Shown here: positions 49,901 through 61,542 of the stretch, one piece after another
How positions within the stretch are numbered: position 1 is the stretch's first letter
Layout: every line of letters begins with the position of its first letter
Assembly (NCBI GenBank): GCA_964016885.1
Contig: OZ024742.1
Location: forward strand, 226,424,001 to 226,488,000
Direction of reading: 5' to 3'
Length of the DNA stretch: 64,000 nucleotides
Origin: Eledone cirrhosa
Lineage: Eukaryota
Translations under genes and position numbers: made by a program
Notes under the pieces: model-generated
Databases searched by the model: none
Seen by the model: only the letters and a program-made list of their open reading frames with translations
What the model was told of the DNA's origin: nothing

Positions 49901-52641
49901 CTCTAGTTGGTGGTGGTGTTAGTACTGTTACAGTAGGTGGTGTTACTGCTGTAATTGGTGGTGGTGTTAGTACTGTTACAGTAGGTGGTGTTACTGCTGT
50001 AGTTGGTGGTGGTGTTAGTACTGTTGCAGTAGGTGGTGTTACTGCTGTAGTTGGTGGTGGTGTTAGTACTGTTTCAGTAGGTGGTGTTACTGCTCTAGTT
50101 GGTGGTGATGTTAGTACTGTTACAGTAGGTGGTGTTACTGCTGTAGTTGGTAGTGGTGTTACTACTGTTACAGTAGGTGGTGTTACTGCTGTAGTTGGTG
50201 GTGGTGTTACTACTGTTACAGTAGGTGGTGTTACTGCTCTAGTTGGTGGTGGTGTTAGTTAGTTACAGTAGGTGGTGTTACTGCTGTAGTTGGTAGTGGT
50301 GTTACTACTGTTACAGTAGGTGGTGTTACTGCTCTAGTTGGTGGTGGTGTTAGTTAGTTACAGTAGGTGGTGTTACTGCTGTAGTTGGTGGTGGTGTTAG
50401 TACTGTTACAGTAGGTGGTGTTAATGCTGTAGTTGGTGGTGGTGTTAGTACTGTTACAGTAGGTGGTGTTACTGCTTTAGATGGTGTTGGGGTTAGTACT
50501 GTTACAGTAGGTGGTGATACTGCTGTAGTTGGTGGTGGTGTTAGGACTGTTAAAGTAGGTGGCGTTACTGCTGTATTTGGTAGTGGTGTTTATACTGCTA
50601 CAGTAGGTGGTGTTACTGCTGTAGGTGGTGTTACTGCTGTAGTTGGTGGTGGTGTTAGTACTGTTACAGTAGGTGGTGTTACTGCTGTAGTTGGTGGTGG
50701 TGTTAGTACTGTTACAGTAGGTGGTGTTACTGCTGTAGTTGGTGGTGGTGTTAGTACTGTTACAGTAGGTGGTGTTACTGCTGGAGTTTGTGGTGGTGTT
50801 AGTACTGTTAAAGTAGGTGGTGTTACTGCTGGAGTTGGTAGTGGTGTTACTACTGTTACAGTTGGTGGTGTTACTGCTGTAGTTGGTGGTGGTGCTAGTA
50901 CTGTTACAGTAGGTGGTGTTACTGCTGTAGTTGCTAGTGGTGTTACTACTGTTACAGTAGGTGGTGTTACTGCTGTAGTTTGTGGTGGTGTTAGTACTGT
51001 TAAAGTAGGTGGTGTTACTGCTGTAATTGGTGGTGGTGTTAGTACTGTTACAGTAGGTGGTGTTACTGCTGTAGTTGGTGGTGGTGTTAGTACTGTTGCA
51101 GTAGGTGGTGTTACTTCTGTAGTTGGTGGTGGTGTTAGTACTGTTACAGTAGGTGGTGTTACTGCTCTAGTTGGTGGTGGTGTTAGTACTGTTACAGTAG
51201 GTGGTGTTACTGCTGTAGTTGGTAGTGGTGTTACTACTGTTACAGTAGGTGGTGTTACTGCTGTAGTAGGTGGTGGTGTTACTACTCTTACAGTAGGTGG
51301 TGTTACTGCTCTAGTTGGTGGTGGTGTTAGTTAGTTACAGTAGGTGGTGTTACTGCTGTAGTTGGTAGTGGTGTTACTACTGTTACAGTAGGTGGTGTTA
51401 CTGCTCTAGTTGGTGGTGGTGTTAGTTAGTTACAGTAGGTGGTGTTACTGCTGTAGTTGGTGGTGGTGTTAGTACTGTTACAGTAGGTGGTGTTACTGCT
51501 GTAGTTGGTGGTGGTGTTAGTACTGTTACAGTAGGAGGTGTTAATGCTGTAGTTGGTGGTGGTGTTACTACTGTTACAGTAGGTGGTGTTACTGCTGTAG
51601 ATGGTGTTGGGGTTACTACTGTTACAGTATGTGGTGTTACTGCTGTAGTTGGTGGTGGTGTTAGTACTGTTACAGTAGGTGGTGTTACTGCTGTATTTGG
51701 TAGTGGTGTTGATACTGTTACAGTAGGTGGTGTTACTGCTGTAGGTGGTGTTACTGCTGTAGTTGGTGGTGGTGTTAGTACTGTTACAGTAGGTGGTGTT
51801 ACTGCTGTAGTTGGTGGTGGTGTTAGTACTGTTACAGTAGGTGGTATTACTGCTGTAGTTGGAGGTTGTGTTAGTACTGTTACAGTAGGTGGTGTTACTG
51901 CTCTAGTTGGTGGTGGTGTTAGTACTGTTACAGTAGGTGGTGTTACTGCTGTAGTTGGTGGTGGTATTAGTACTGTTACAGTATGTGGTGTTACTGCTGG
52001 AGTTGGTAGTGGTGTTATTACTGTTACAGTTGGAGGTGTTACTGCTGTAGTTGGTGGTGGTGTTAGTACAGTTACAGTAGGTGGTGTTACTGCAGTAGTT
52101 GCTAGTGGTGTTACTACTGTTACAGTAGGTGGTGTTACTGCTGTAGTTTGTGGTGGTGTTAGTACTGTTACAGTAGGTGGTGTTACTGCTGTAGTTGCTA
52201 GTGGTGTTACTACTGTTACAGTAGGTGGTGTTACTGCTGTAGTTGGTGGTGGTGTTAGTACTGTTACAGTAGGTTGTGTTACTGCTGTAGTTGGTAGTGG
52301 TGTTACTACTGTTACAGTAGGTGGTGTTACTGCTGTAGTTGGTGGTGGTGTTAGTACTGTTACAGTAGGTGGTGTTACTGCTGTAGTTGGTGGTGGTGTT
52401 AGTACTGTTACAGTAGGTGGTGTTACTGCTGTAGTTGGTAGTGGTGTTAGTTAGTTACAGTAGGTGGTGTTACTGCTGTAGTTGGTGGTGGTGTTAGTAC
52501 TGTTACAGTAGGTTGTGTTACTGCTGTAGTTGCTAGTGGTGTTACTACTGTTACAGTAGGTGGTGTTACTGCTGTAGTTGGTGGTGGTGTTAGTACTGTT
52601 ACAGTAGGTTGTGTTACTGCTGTAGTTGGTAGTGGTGTTAC

Positions 52642-55600
52642 TACTGTTACAGTAGGTGGTGTTACTGCTGTAGTTGGTGGTGGTGTTAGTACTGTTACAG
52701 TAGGTGGTGTTACTGCTGTAGTTGGTGGTGGTGTTAGTACTGTTACAGTAGGTGGTGTTACTGCTGTAGTTGGTAGTGGTGTTACAACTGTTACAGTAGT
52801 TGGTGTTACTGCTGTAGTTGGTGGTGGAGTTAGTACTGTTACAGTAGGTGGTGTTACTGCTGTAGTTGGTGGTGGAGTTAGTACTGTTACAGTAGGTGTT
52901 GTTACTGCTGTAGTTGGTGGTTGTGTTAGTACTGTTACAGTAGGTGGTGTTACTGCTGTAGTTGGTGGTGGTGTTAGTACTGTTACAGTAGGTGGTGTTA
53001 CTGCTGTAGTTGGTAGTGGTGTTAGTACTGTTACAGTAGGTGGTGTTACTGCTGCAGTTGGTGGTGGAGTTAGTACTGTTACAGTAGGTGGTCTTACTGC
53101 TGTAGTTGGTGGTGGTGTTAGTACTGTTACAGTAGGTGGTGTTATTGTTGTAGTTGGTGGTGGTGTTAGTACTGTTACAGTAGTTGGTGTTACTGCTGTA
53201 GTTCGTGGTGGTGTTAGTACTGTTACAGTAGGTGGTGTTACTGCTGTAGTTGGTTGTGGTGTTAGTACTTTTACAGTAGGTGGTGTTACTGCTGTAGTTG
53301 GTAGTGGTGTTACTACTGTTACAGTTGGTGGTGTTACTGCTGTAGTTGGTGGTGGTGTTACTGCTGTAGTTGGTGGTGGTGTTAGTACTGTTACAGTAGG
53401 TAGTTTTACTGCTGTAGTTGCTAGTGGTGTTACTACTGTTACAGTAGGTGGTGTTACTGCTGTAGTTGGTGGTGGTGTTAGTACTGTTACAGTAGGTTGT
53501 GTTACTGCTGTTGTTGGTAGTGGTGTTACTACTGTTACAGTAGGTGGTGTTACTGCTGTAGTTGGTGGTGGTGTTAGTACTGTTACAGTAGGTGGTGTTG
53601 CTGCTGTAGTTGGTGGTGGTGTTAGTACTGTTACAGTAGGTGGTGTTACTGCTGGAGTTGGTAGTGGTGTTAGTACTGTTACAGTAGTTGGTGTTACTGC
53701 TGTAGTTGGTGGTGGTGTTAGTACTGTTACAGTAGGTGGTGTTACTGCTGTAGTTGGTAGTGGTGTTAGTTAGTTACAGTAGGTGGTGTTACTGCTGTAG
53801 TTGGTGGTGGTGTTACTACTGTTACAGTTGGTGGTGTTACTGCTGTAGTTGGTAGTGGTGTTAGTACTGTTACAGTAGTTGGTGTTACTGCTGTATTTGG
53901 TGGTGGTGCTAGTACTGTTACAGTAGTTGGTGTTACTGCTGTAGTTGGTGGTGGTGTTAGTACTGTTAGAGTAGGTGGTGTTACTGCTGTAGTTGGTGGC
54001 AGTGTTAGTACTGTTACAGTAGGTGGTGTTACTGCTGCAGTTGGTGGTGGTGTTAGTACTGTTACAGTAGGTGGTGTTACTGCTGTAGTTGGTGGTGGTG
54101 TTAGTACTGTTACAGTAGGTGGTGTTACTGCTGTAGTTGCAAGTGGTGTTACTACTGTTACAGTAGGTGGTGTTACTGCTGTAGTTGGTGGTGGTGTTAG
54201 TACTGTTACAGTAGGTTGTGTTACTGCTGTAGTTGGTAGTGGTGTTACTACTGTTACAGTAGTTGGTGTTACTGCCGTAGATGGTGGTGGTGTTAGTACT
54301 GTTAGAGTAGGTGGTGTTACTGCTGTAGTTGGTGGTGGTGTTAGTACTGTTACAGTAGGTGGTGTTACTGCTGTAGTTGGTGGTGGTGTTAGTACTGTTA
54401 CAGTAGGTGGTGATACTGCTGTAGTTTGTAGTGGTGTTAGTACTGTTACAGTAGTTGATGTTACTGCTGTAGTTGGTGGTGGTGTTAGTACTGTTACAGT
54501 AGGTGGTGTTACTGCTCTAGTTGGTGGTGGTGTTAGTACTGTTACAGTAGGTGGTGTTACTGCTGTAGTTAGTAGTGGTGTTACTGCTGTTGTTGGTGGT
54601 GGTGTTAGTACTGTTACAGTAGGTGGTGTTAATGCTGTAGTTGGTGGTGGTGTTAGTACTGTTACAGTAGGTGGTGTTACTGCTGTAGTTGGTGTTGGGG
54701 TTAGTACTGTTACAGTAGGTGGTGTTACTGCTGTAGTTGGTGGTGGTGTTAGTACTGTTACAGTAGGTGGTGTTACTGCTATATTTGGTAGTAGTGTTGG
54801 TACTGTTACAGTAGGTGGTGTTACTGCTGTAGTTGGTGGTGGTGTTAGTACTGTTACAGTAGGTGGTGTTACTGCTGTAGTTGGTGGTGGTGTTAGTACT
54901 GTTAGAGTAGGTGGTGTTAGTACTGTTAGAGTAGGTGGTGTTACTGCTGTAGTTGGTAGTGGTGTTAGTACTGTTACAGTAGGTGGTGTTACTGCTGTAG
55001 TTGGTAGTGGTGTTAGTACTGTTACAGTAGGTGGTGTTACTGCTGTAGTTGGTAGTGGTGTTAGTACTGTTACAGTAGGTGGTGTTACTGCTGTAGTTGG
55101 TGGTGGTGTTAGTACTGTTACAGTAGTTGGTGTTACTGCTGTAGTTTCTAGTGGTGTTAGTACTGTTACAGTAGTTGGTGTTACTGCTGTAGTTGGTGGT
55201 TGTGTTATTACTGTTACAGTAGGTAGTGTTACTGCTGTAGTTGGTGTTGGTGTTAGTACTGTTACCGTAGGTGGTGTTACTGCTGTAGTTGGTGGTGGTG
55301 TTAGTACTGTTACAGTAGGTGGTGTTACTGCTGTAGTTGGTGGTGGTGTTAGTACTGTTACAGTAGGTTGTGTTACTGCTGTAGTTGGTAGTGGTGTTAC
55401 TACCGTTACAGTAGGTGGTGTTACTGCTGTAGTTGGTGGTGGTGTTAGTACTGTTACAGTAGGTGGTGTTACTGCTGTAGTTGGTGGTGGTGTTAGTACT
55501 GTTACAGTAGGTGGTGTTACTGCTGTAGTTGGTAGTGGTGTTACAACTGTTACAGTAGTTGGTGTTACTGCTGTAGTTGGTGGTGGTGTTAGTACTGTTA

Positions 55601-58600
55601 GAGTAGGTGGTGTTACTGCTGTAGTTGGTGGCAGTGTTAGTACTGTTACAGTAGGTGGCGTTACTGCTGTAGTTGGTGGTGGTGTTAGTACTGTTACAGT
55701 AGGTAGTATTACTGCTGTAGTTGGTGGTGGTGTTAGTATTGTTACAGTAGGTGGTGTTACTGCTGGAGTTGGTAGTGGTGTTACTACTGTTACAGTTGGT
55801 GGTGTTACTACTGTTACAGTAGTTGGTGTTACTGCCGTAGATGTTGGTGGTGTTAGTACTGTTAGAGTAGGTGGTGTTACTGCTGTAGTTGGTGGTGGTG
55901 TTAGTACTGTTACAGTAGGTGGTGTTACTGCTGTAGTTGGTGGTGGTGTTAGTACTGTTACAGTAGGTGGTGATACTGCTGTAGTTTGTAGTGGTGTTAG
56001 TACTGTTACAGTAGTTGGTGTTACTGCTGTAGTTGGTGGTGGTGTTAGTACTGTTAGAGTAGGTGGTGTTAATGCTGTAGTTGGTGGTGGTGTTAGTACC
56101 GTTACAGTAGGTGGTGTTACTGCTGTATTTGGTGGTGGTGTTAGTACTGTTACAGTAGGTGGTGTTACTGCTGTAGTTGGTGGTGGTGTTATACTGTTAC
56201 AGTAGGTGGTGCTACTGCTGTTGTTGGTGGTGGTGTTATTTAGTTACAGTAGGTGGTGTTTCAGATGTAGTTAGTAGTGGTGTTAGTACTGTTACAGTAG
56301 TTGGTGTTACTGCTGTAGTTTCTAGTGGTCTTAGTACTGTTACAGTAGTAGGTGTTACTGCTGTAGTTGGTGGTTGTGTTATTACTGTTACAGTAGGTGG
56401 TGTTACTGCTGTAGTTGGTGGTGGTGTTAGTACTGTTACAGTAGGTGGTGTTACTGCTGTAATTGGTGGTGGTGTTAGTACTGTTACAGTAGGTGGTGTT
56501 ACTGCTGTAGTTGGTGGTGGTGTTATTACTGTTGCAGTAGTTGGTGTTACTGCTGTAGTTGGTGGTGGTGTTAGTACTGTTACAGTAGGTGGTGTTACTG
56601 CTGTAGTTGGTGGTGCTGTTAGTACTGTTACAGTAGGTGGTGTTACTGCTCTAGTTGGTGGTGGTGTTAGTACTGTTACAGTAGGTGGTGTTACTGCTGT
56701 AGTTGGTAGTGGTGTTACTACTGTTACAGTAGGTGGTGTTACTGGGGTAGTTGGTAGTGGTGTTACTACTGTTACAGTAGGTGGTGTTACTGCTGTATTT
56801 GGTAGTGGTGTTACTACTGTTACAGTAGGTGGTGTTACTGCTCTAGTTGGTGGTGGTGTTAGTTAGTTACAGTAGGTGGTGTTACTGCTGTAGTTGGTGG
56901 TGGTGTTAGTACTGTTACAGTAGGTGGTGTTACTGCTGTTGTTGGTGGTGGTGTTAGTACTGTTACAGTAGGTGGTGTTAATGCTGTAGTTGGTGGTGGT
57001 GTTAGTACTGTTACAGTAGGTGGTGTTACTGCTGTAGTTGGTGTTGGGGTTAGTACTGTTACAGTAGGTGGTGTTACTGCTGCAGTTGGTGGTGGAGTTA
57101 GTACTGTTACAGTAGGTGGTGTTACTGCTGTAGTTGGTGGTGGTGTTAGTACTGTTACAGTAGGTGGTGTTACTGCTGTAGTTGGTGGTGGTGTTAGTAC
57201 TGTTACAGTAGGTGGTGTTACTGCTGTAGTTGGTAGTGGTGTTACAACTGTTACAGTAGTTGGTGTTACTGCTGTAGTTGGTGGTGGAGTTAGTACTGTT
57301 ACAGTAGGTGGTGTTACTGCTGTAGTTGGTGGTGGAGTTAGTACTGTTACAGTAGGTGTTGTTACTGCTGTAGTTGGTGGTTGTGTTAGTACTGTTACAG
57401 TAGGTGGTGTTACTGCTGTAGTTGGTGGTGGTGTTAGTACTGTTACAGTAGGTGGTGTTACTGCTGTAGTTGGTAGTGGTGTTAGTACTGTTACAGTAGG
57501 TGGTGTTACTGCTGCAGTTGGTGGTGGAGTTAGTACTGTTACAGTAGGTGGTCTTACTGCTGTAGTTGGTGGTGGTGTTAGTACTGTTACAGTAGGTGGT
57601 GTTATTGTTGTAGTTGGTGGTGGTGTTAGTACTGTTACAGTAGTTGGTGTTACTGCTGTAGTTCGTGGTGGTGTTAGTACTGTTACAGTAGGTGGTGTTA
57701 CTGCTGTAGTTGGTTGTGGTGTTAGTACTTTTACAGTAGGTGGTGTTACTGCTGTAGTTGGTAGTGGTGTTACTACTGTTACAGTTGGTGGTGTTACTGC
57801 TGTAGTTGGTGGTGGTGTTACTGCTGTAGTTGGTGGTGGTGTTAGTACTGTTACAGTAGGTAGTTTTACTGCTGTAGTTGCTAGTGGTGTTACTACTGTT
57901 ACAGTAGGTGGTGTTACTGCTGTAGTTGGTGGTGGTGTTAGTACTGTTACAGTAGGTTGTGTTACTGCTGTTGTTGGTAGTGGTGTTACTACTGTTACAG
58001 TAGGTGGTGTTACTGCTGTAGTTGGTGGTGGTGTTAGTACTGTTACAGTAGGTGGTGTTGCTGCTGTAGTTGGTGGTGGTGTTAGTACTGTTACAGTAGG
58101 TGGTGTTACTGCTGGAGTTGGTAGTGGTGTTAGTACTGTTACAGTAGTTGGTGTTACTGCTGTAGTTGGTGGTGGTGTTAGTACTGTTACAGTAGGTGGT
58201 GTTACTGCTGTAGTTGGTAGTGGTGTTAGTTAGTTACAGTAGGTGGTGTTACTGCTGTAGTTGGTGGTGGTGTTACTACTGTTACAGTTGGTGGTGTTAC
58301 TGCTGTAGTTGGTAGTGGTGTTAGTACTGTTACAGTAGTTGGTGTTACTGCTGTATTTGGTGGTGGTGCTAGTACTGTTACAGTAGTTGGTGTTACTGCT
58401 GTAGTTGGTGGTGGTGTTAGTACTGTTAGAGTAGGTGGTGTTACTGCTGTAGTTGGTGGCAGTGTTAGTACTGTTACAGTAGGTGGTGTTACTGCTGCAG
58501 TTGGTGGTGGTGTTAGTACTGTTACAGTAGGTGGTGTTACTGCTGTAGTTGGTGGTGGTGTTAGTACTGTTACAGTAGGTGGTGTTACTGCTGTAGTTGC

Positions 58601-61542
58601 AAGTGGTGTTACTACTGTTACAGTAGGTGGTGTTACTGCTGTAGTTGGTGGTGGTGTTAGTACTGTTACAGTAGGTTGTGTTACTGCTGTAGTTGGTAGT
58701 GGTGTTACTACTGTTACAGTAGTTGGTGTTACTGCCGTAGATGGTGGTGGTGTTAGTACTGTTAGAGTAGGTGGTGTTACTGCTGTAGTTGGTGGTGGTG
58801 TTAGTACTGTTACAGTAGGTGGTGTTACTGCTGTAGTTGGTGGTGGTGTTAGTACTGTTACAGTAGGTGGTGATACTGCTGTAGTTTGTAGTGGTGTTAG
58901 TACTGTTACAGTAGTTGATGTTACTGCTGTAGTTGGTGGTGGTGTTAGTACTGTTACAGTAGGTGGTGTTACTGCTCTAGTTGGTGGTGGTGTTAGTACT
59001 GTTACAGTAGGTGGTGTTACTGCTGTAGTTAGTAGTGGTGTTACTGCTGTTGTTGGTGGTGGTGTTAGTACTGTTACAGTAGGTGGTGTTAATGCTGTAG
59101 TTGGTGGTGGTGTTAGTACTGTTACAGTAGGTGGTGTTACTGCTGTAGTTGGTGTTGGGGTTAGTACTGTTACAGTAGGTGGTGTTACTGCTGTAGTTGG
59201 TGGTGGTGTTAGTACTGTTACAGTAGGTGGTGTTACTGCTATATTTGGTAGTAGTGTTGGTACTGTTACAGTAGGTGGTGTTACTGCTGTAGTTGGTGGT
59301 GGTGTTAGTACTGTTACAGTAGGTGGTGTTACTGCTGTAGTTGGTGGTGGTGTTAGTACTGTTAGAGTAGGTGGTGTTAGTACTGTTAGAGTAGGTGGTG
59401 TTACTGCTGTAGTTGGTAGTGGTGTTAGTACTGTTACAGTAGGTGGTGTTACTGCTGTAGTTGGTAGTGGTGTTAGTACTGTTACAGTAGGTGGTGTTAC
59501 TGCTGTAGTTGGTAGTGGTGTTAGTACTGTTACAGTAGGTGGTGTTACTGCTGTAGTTGGTGGTGGTGTTAGTACTGTTACAGTAGTTGGTGTTACTGCT
59601 GTAGTTTCTAGTGGTGTTAGTACTGTTACAGTAGTTGGTGTTACTGCTGTAGTTGGTGGTTGTGTTATTACTGTTACAGTAGGTAGTGTTACTGCTGTAG
59701 TTGGTGTTGGTGTTAGTACTGTTACCGTAGGTGGTGTTACTGCTGTAGTTGGTGGTGGTGTTAGTACTGTTACAGTAGGTGGTGTTACTGCTGTAGTTGG
59801 TGGTGGTGTTAGTACTGTTACAGTAGGTTGTGTTACTGCTGTAGTTGGTAGTGGTGTTACTACCGTTACAGTAGGTGGTGTTACTGCTGTAGTTGGTGGT
59901 GGTGTTAGTACTGTTACAGTAGGTGGTGTTACTGCTGTAGTTGGTGGTGGTGTTAGTACTGTTACAGTAGGTGGTGTTACTGCTGTAGTTGGTAGTGGTG
60001 TTACAACTGTTACAGTAGTTGGTGTTACTGCTGTAGTTGGTGGTGGTGTTAGTACTGTTAGAGTAGGTGGTGTTACTGCTGTAGTTGGTGGCAGTGTTAG
60101 TACTGTTACAGTAGGTGGCGTTACTGCTGTAGTTGGTGGTGGTGTTAGTACTGTTACAGTAGGTAGTATTACTGCTGTAGTTGGTGGTGGTGTTAGTATT
60201 GTTACAGTAGGTGGTGTTACTGCTGGAGTTGGTAGTGGTGTTACTACTGTTACAGTTGGTGGTGTTACTACTGTTACAGTAGTTGGTGTTACTGCCGTAG
60301 ATGTTGGTGGTGTTAGTACTGTTAGAGTAGGTGGTGTTACTGCTGTAGTTGGTGGTGGTGTTAGTACTGTTACAGTAGGTGGTGTTACTGCTGTAGTTGG
60401 TGGTGGTGTTAGTACTGTTACAGTAGGTGGTGATACTGCTGTAGTTTGTAGTGGTGTTAGTACTGTTACAGTAGTTGGTGTTACTGCTGTAGTTGGTGGT
60501 GGTGTTAGTACTGTTAGAGTAGGTGGTGTTAATGCTGTAGTTGGTGGTGGTGTTAGTACCGTTACAGTAGGTGGTGTTACTGCTGTATTTGGTGGTGGTG
60601 TTAGTACTGTTACAGTAGGTGGTGTTACTGCTGTAGTTGGTGGTGGTGTTATACTGTTACAGTAGGTGGTGCTACTGCTGTTGTTGGTGGTGGTGTTATT
60701 TAGTTACAGTAGGTGGTGTTTCAGATGTAGTTAGTAGTGGTGTTAGTACTGTTACAGTAGTTGGTGTTACTGCTGTAGTTTCTAGTGGTCTTAGTACTGT
60801 TACAGTAGTAGGTGTTACTGCTGTAGTTGGTGGTTGTGTTATTACTGTTACAGTAGGTGGTGTTACTGCTGTAGTTGGTGGTGGTGTTAGTACTGTTACA
60901 GTAGGTGGTGTTACTGCTGTAATTGGTGGTGGTGTTAGTACTGTTACAGTAGGTGGTGTTACTGCTGTAGTTGGTGGTGGTGTTATTACTGTTGCAGTAG
61001 TTGGTGTTACTGCTGTAGTTGGTGGTGGTGTTAGTACTGTTACAGTAGGTGGTGTTACTGCTGTAGTTGGTGGTGCTGTTAGTACTGTTACAGTAGGTGG
61101 TGTTACTGCTCTAGTTGGTGGTGGTGTTAGTACTGTTACAGTAGGTGGTGTTACTGCTGTAGTTGGTAGTGGTGTTACTACTGTTACAGTAGGTGGTGTT
61201 ACTGGGGTAGTTGGTAGTGGTGTTACTACTGTTACAGTAGGTGGTGTTACTGCTGTATTTGGTAGTGGTGTTACTACTGTTACAGTAGGTGGTGTTACTG
61301 CTCTAGTTGGTGGTGGTGTTAGTTAGTTACAGTAGGTGGTGTTACTGCTGTAGTTGGTGGTGGTGTTAGTACTGTTACAGTAGGTGGTGTTACTGCTGTT
61401 GTTGGTGGTGGTGTTAGTACTGTTACAGTAGGTGGTGTTAATGCTGTAGTTGGTGGTGGTGTTAGTACTGTTACAGTAGGTGGTGTTACTGCTGTAGTTG
61501 GTGTTGGGGTTAGTACTGTTACAGTAGGTGGTGTTACTGCTG
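52642..61542. repeat. Near-identical tandem duplication, period 4460 bp (about 52642-57082 and 57102-61542)
   Basis: GTTACAACTG occurs at 52781 and 57241. ORFs 56177-56866 and 60637-61326 have identical translations at offset 4460. Rare variants (GGTAGTTTTACT, GTTGCAAGT, GCTATATTTGGTAGTAGT, ACTGGGGTA) recur in register. Confidence 0.94.
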
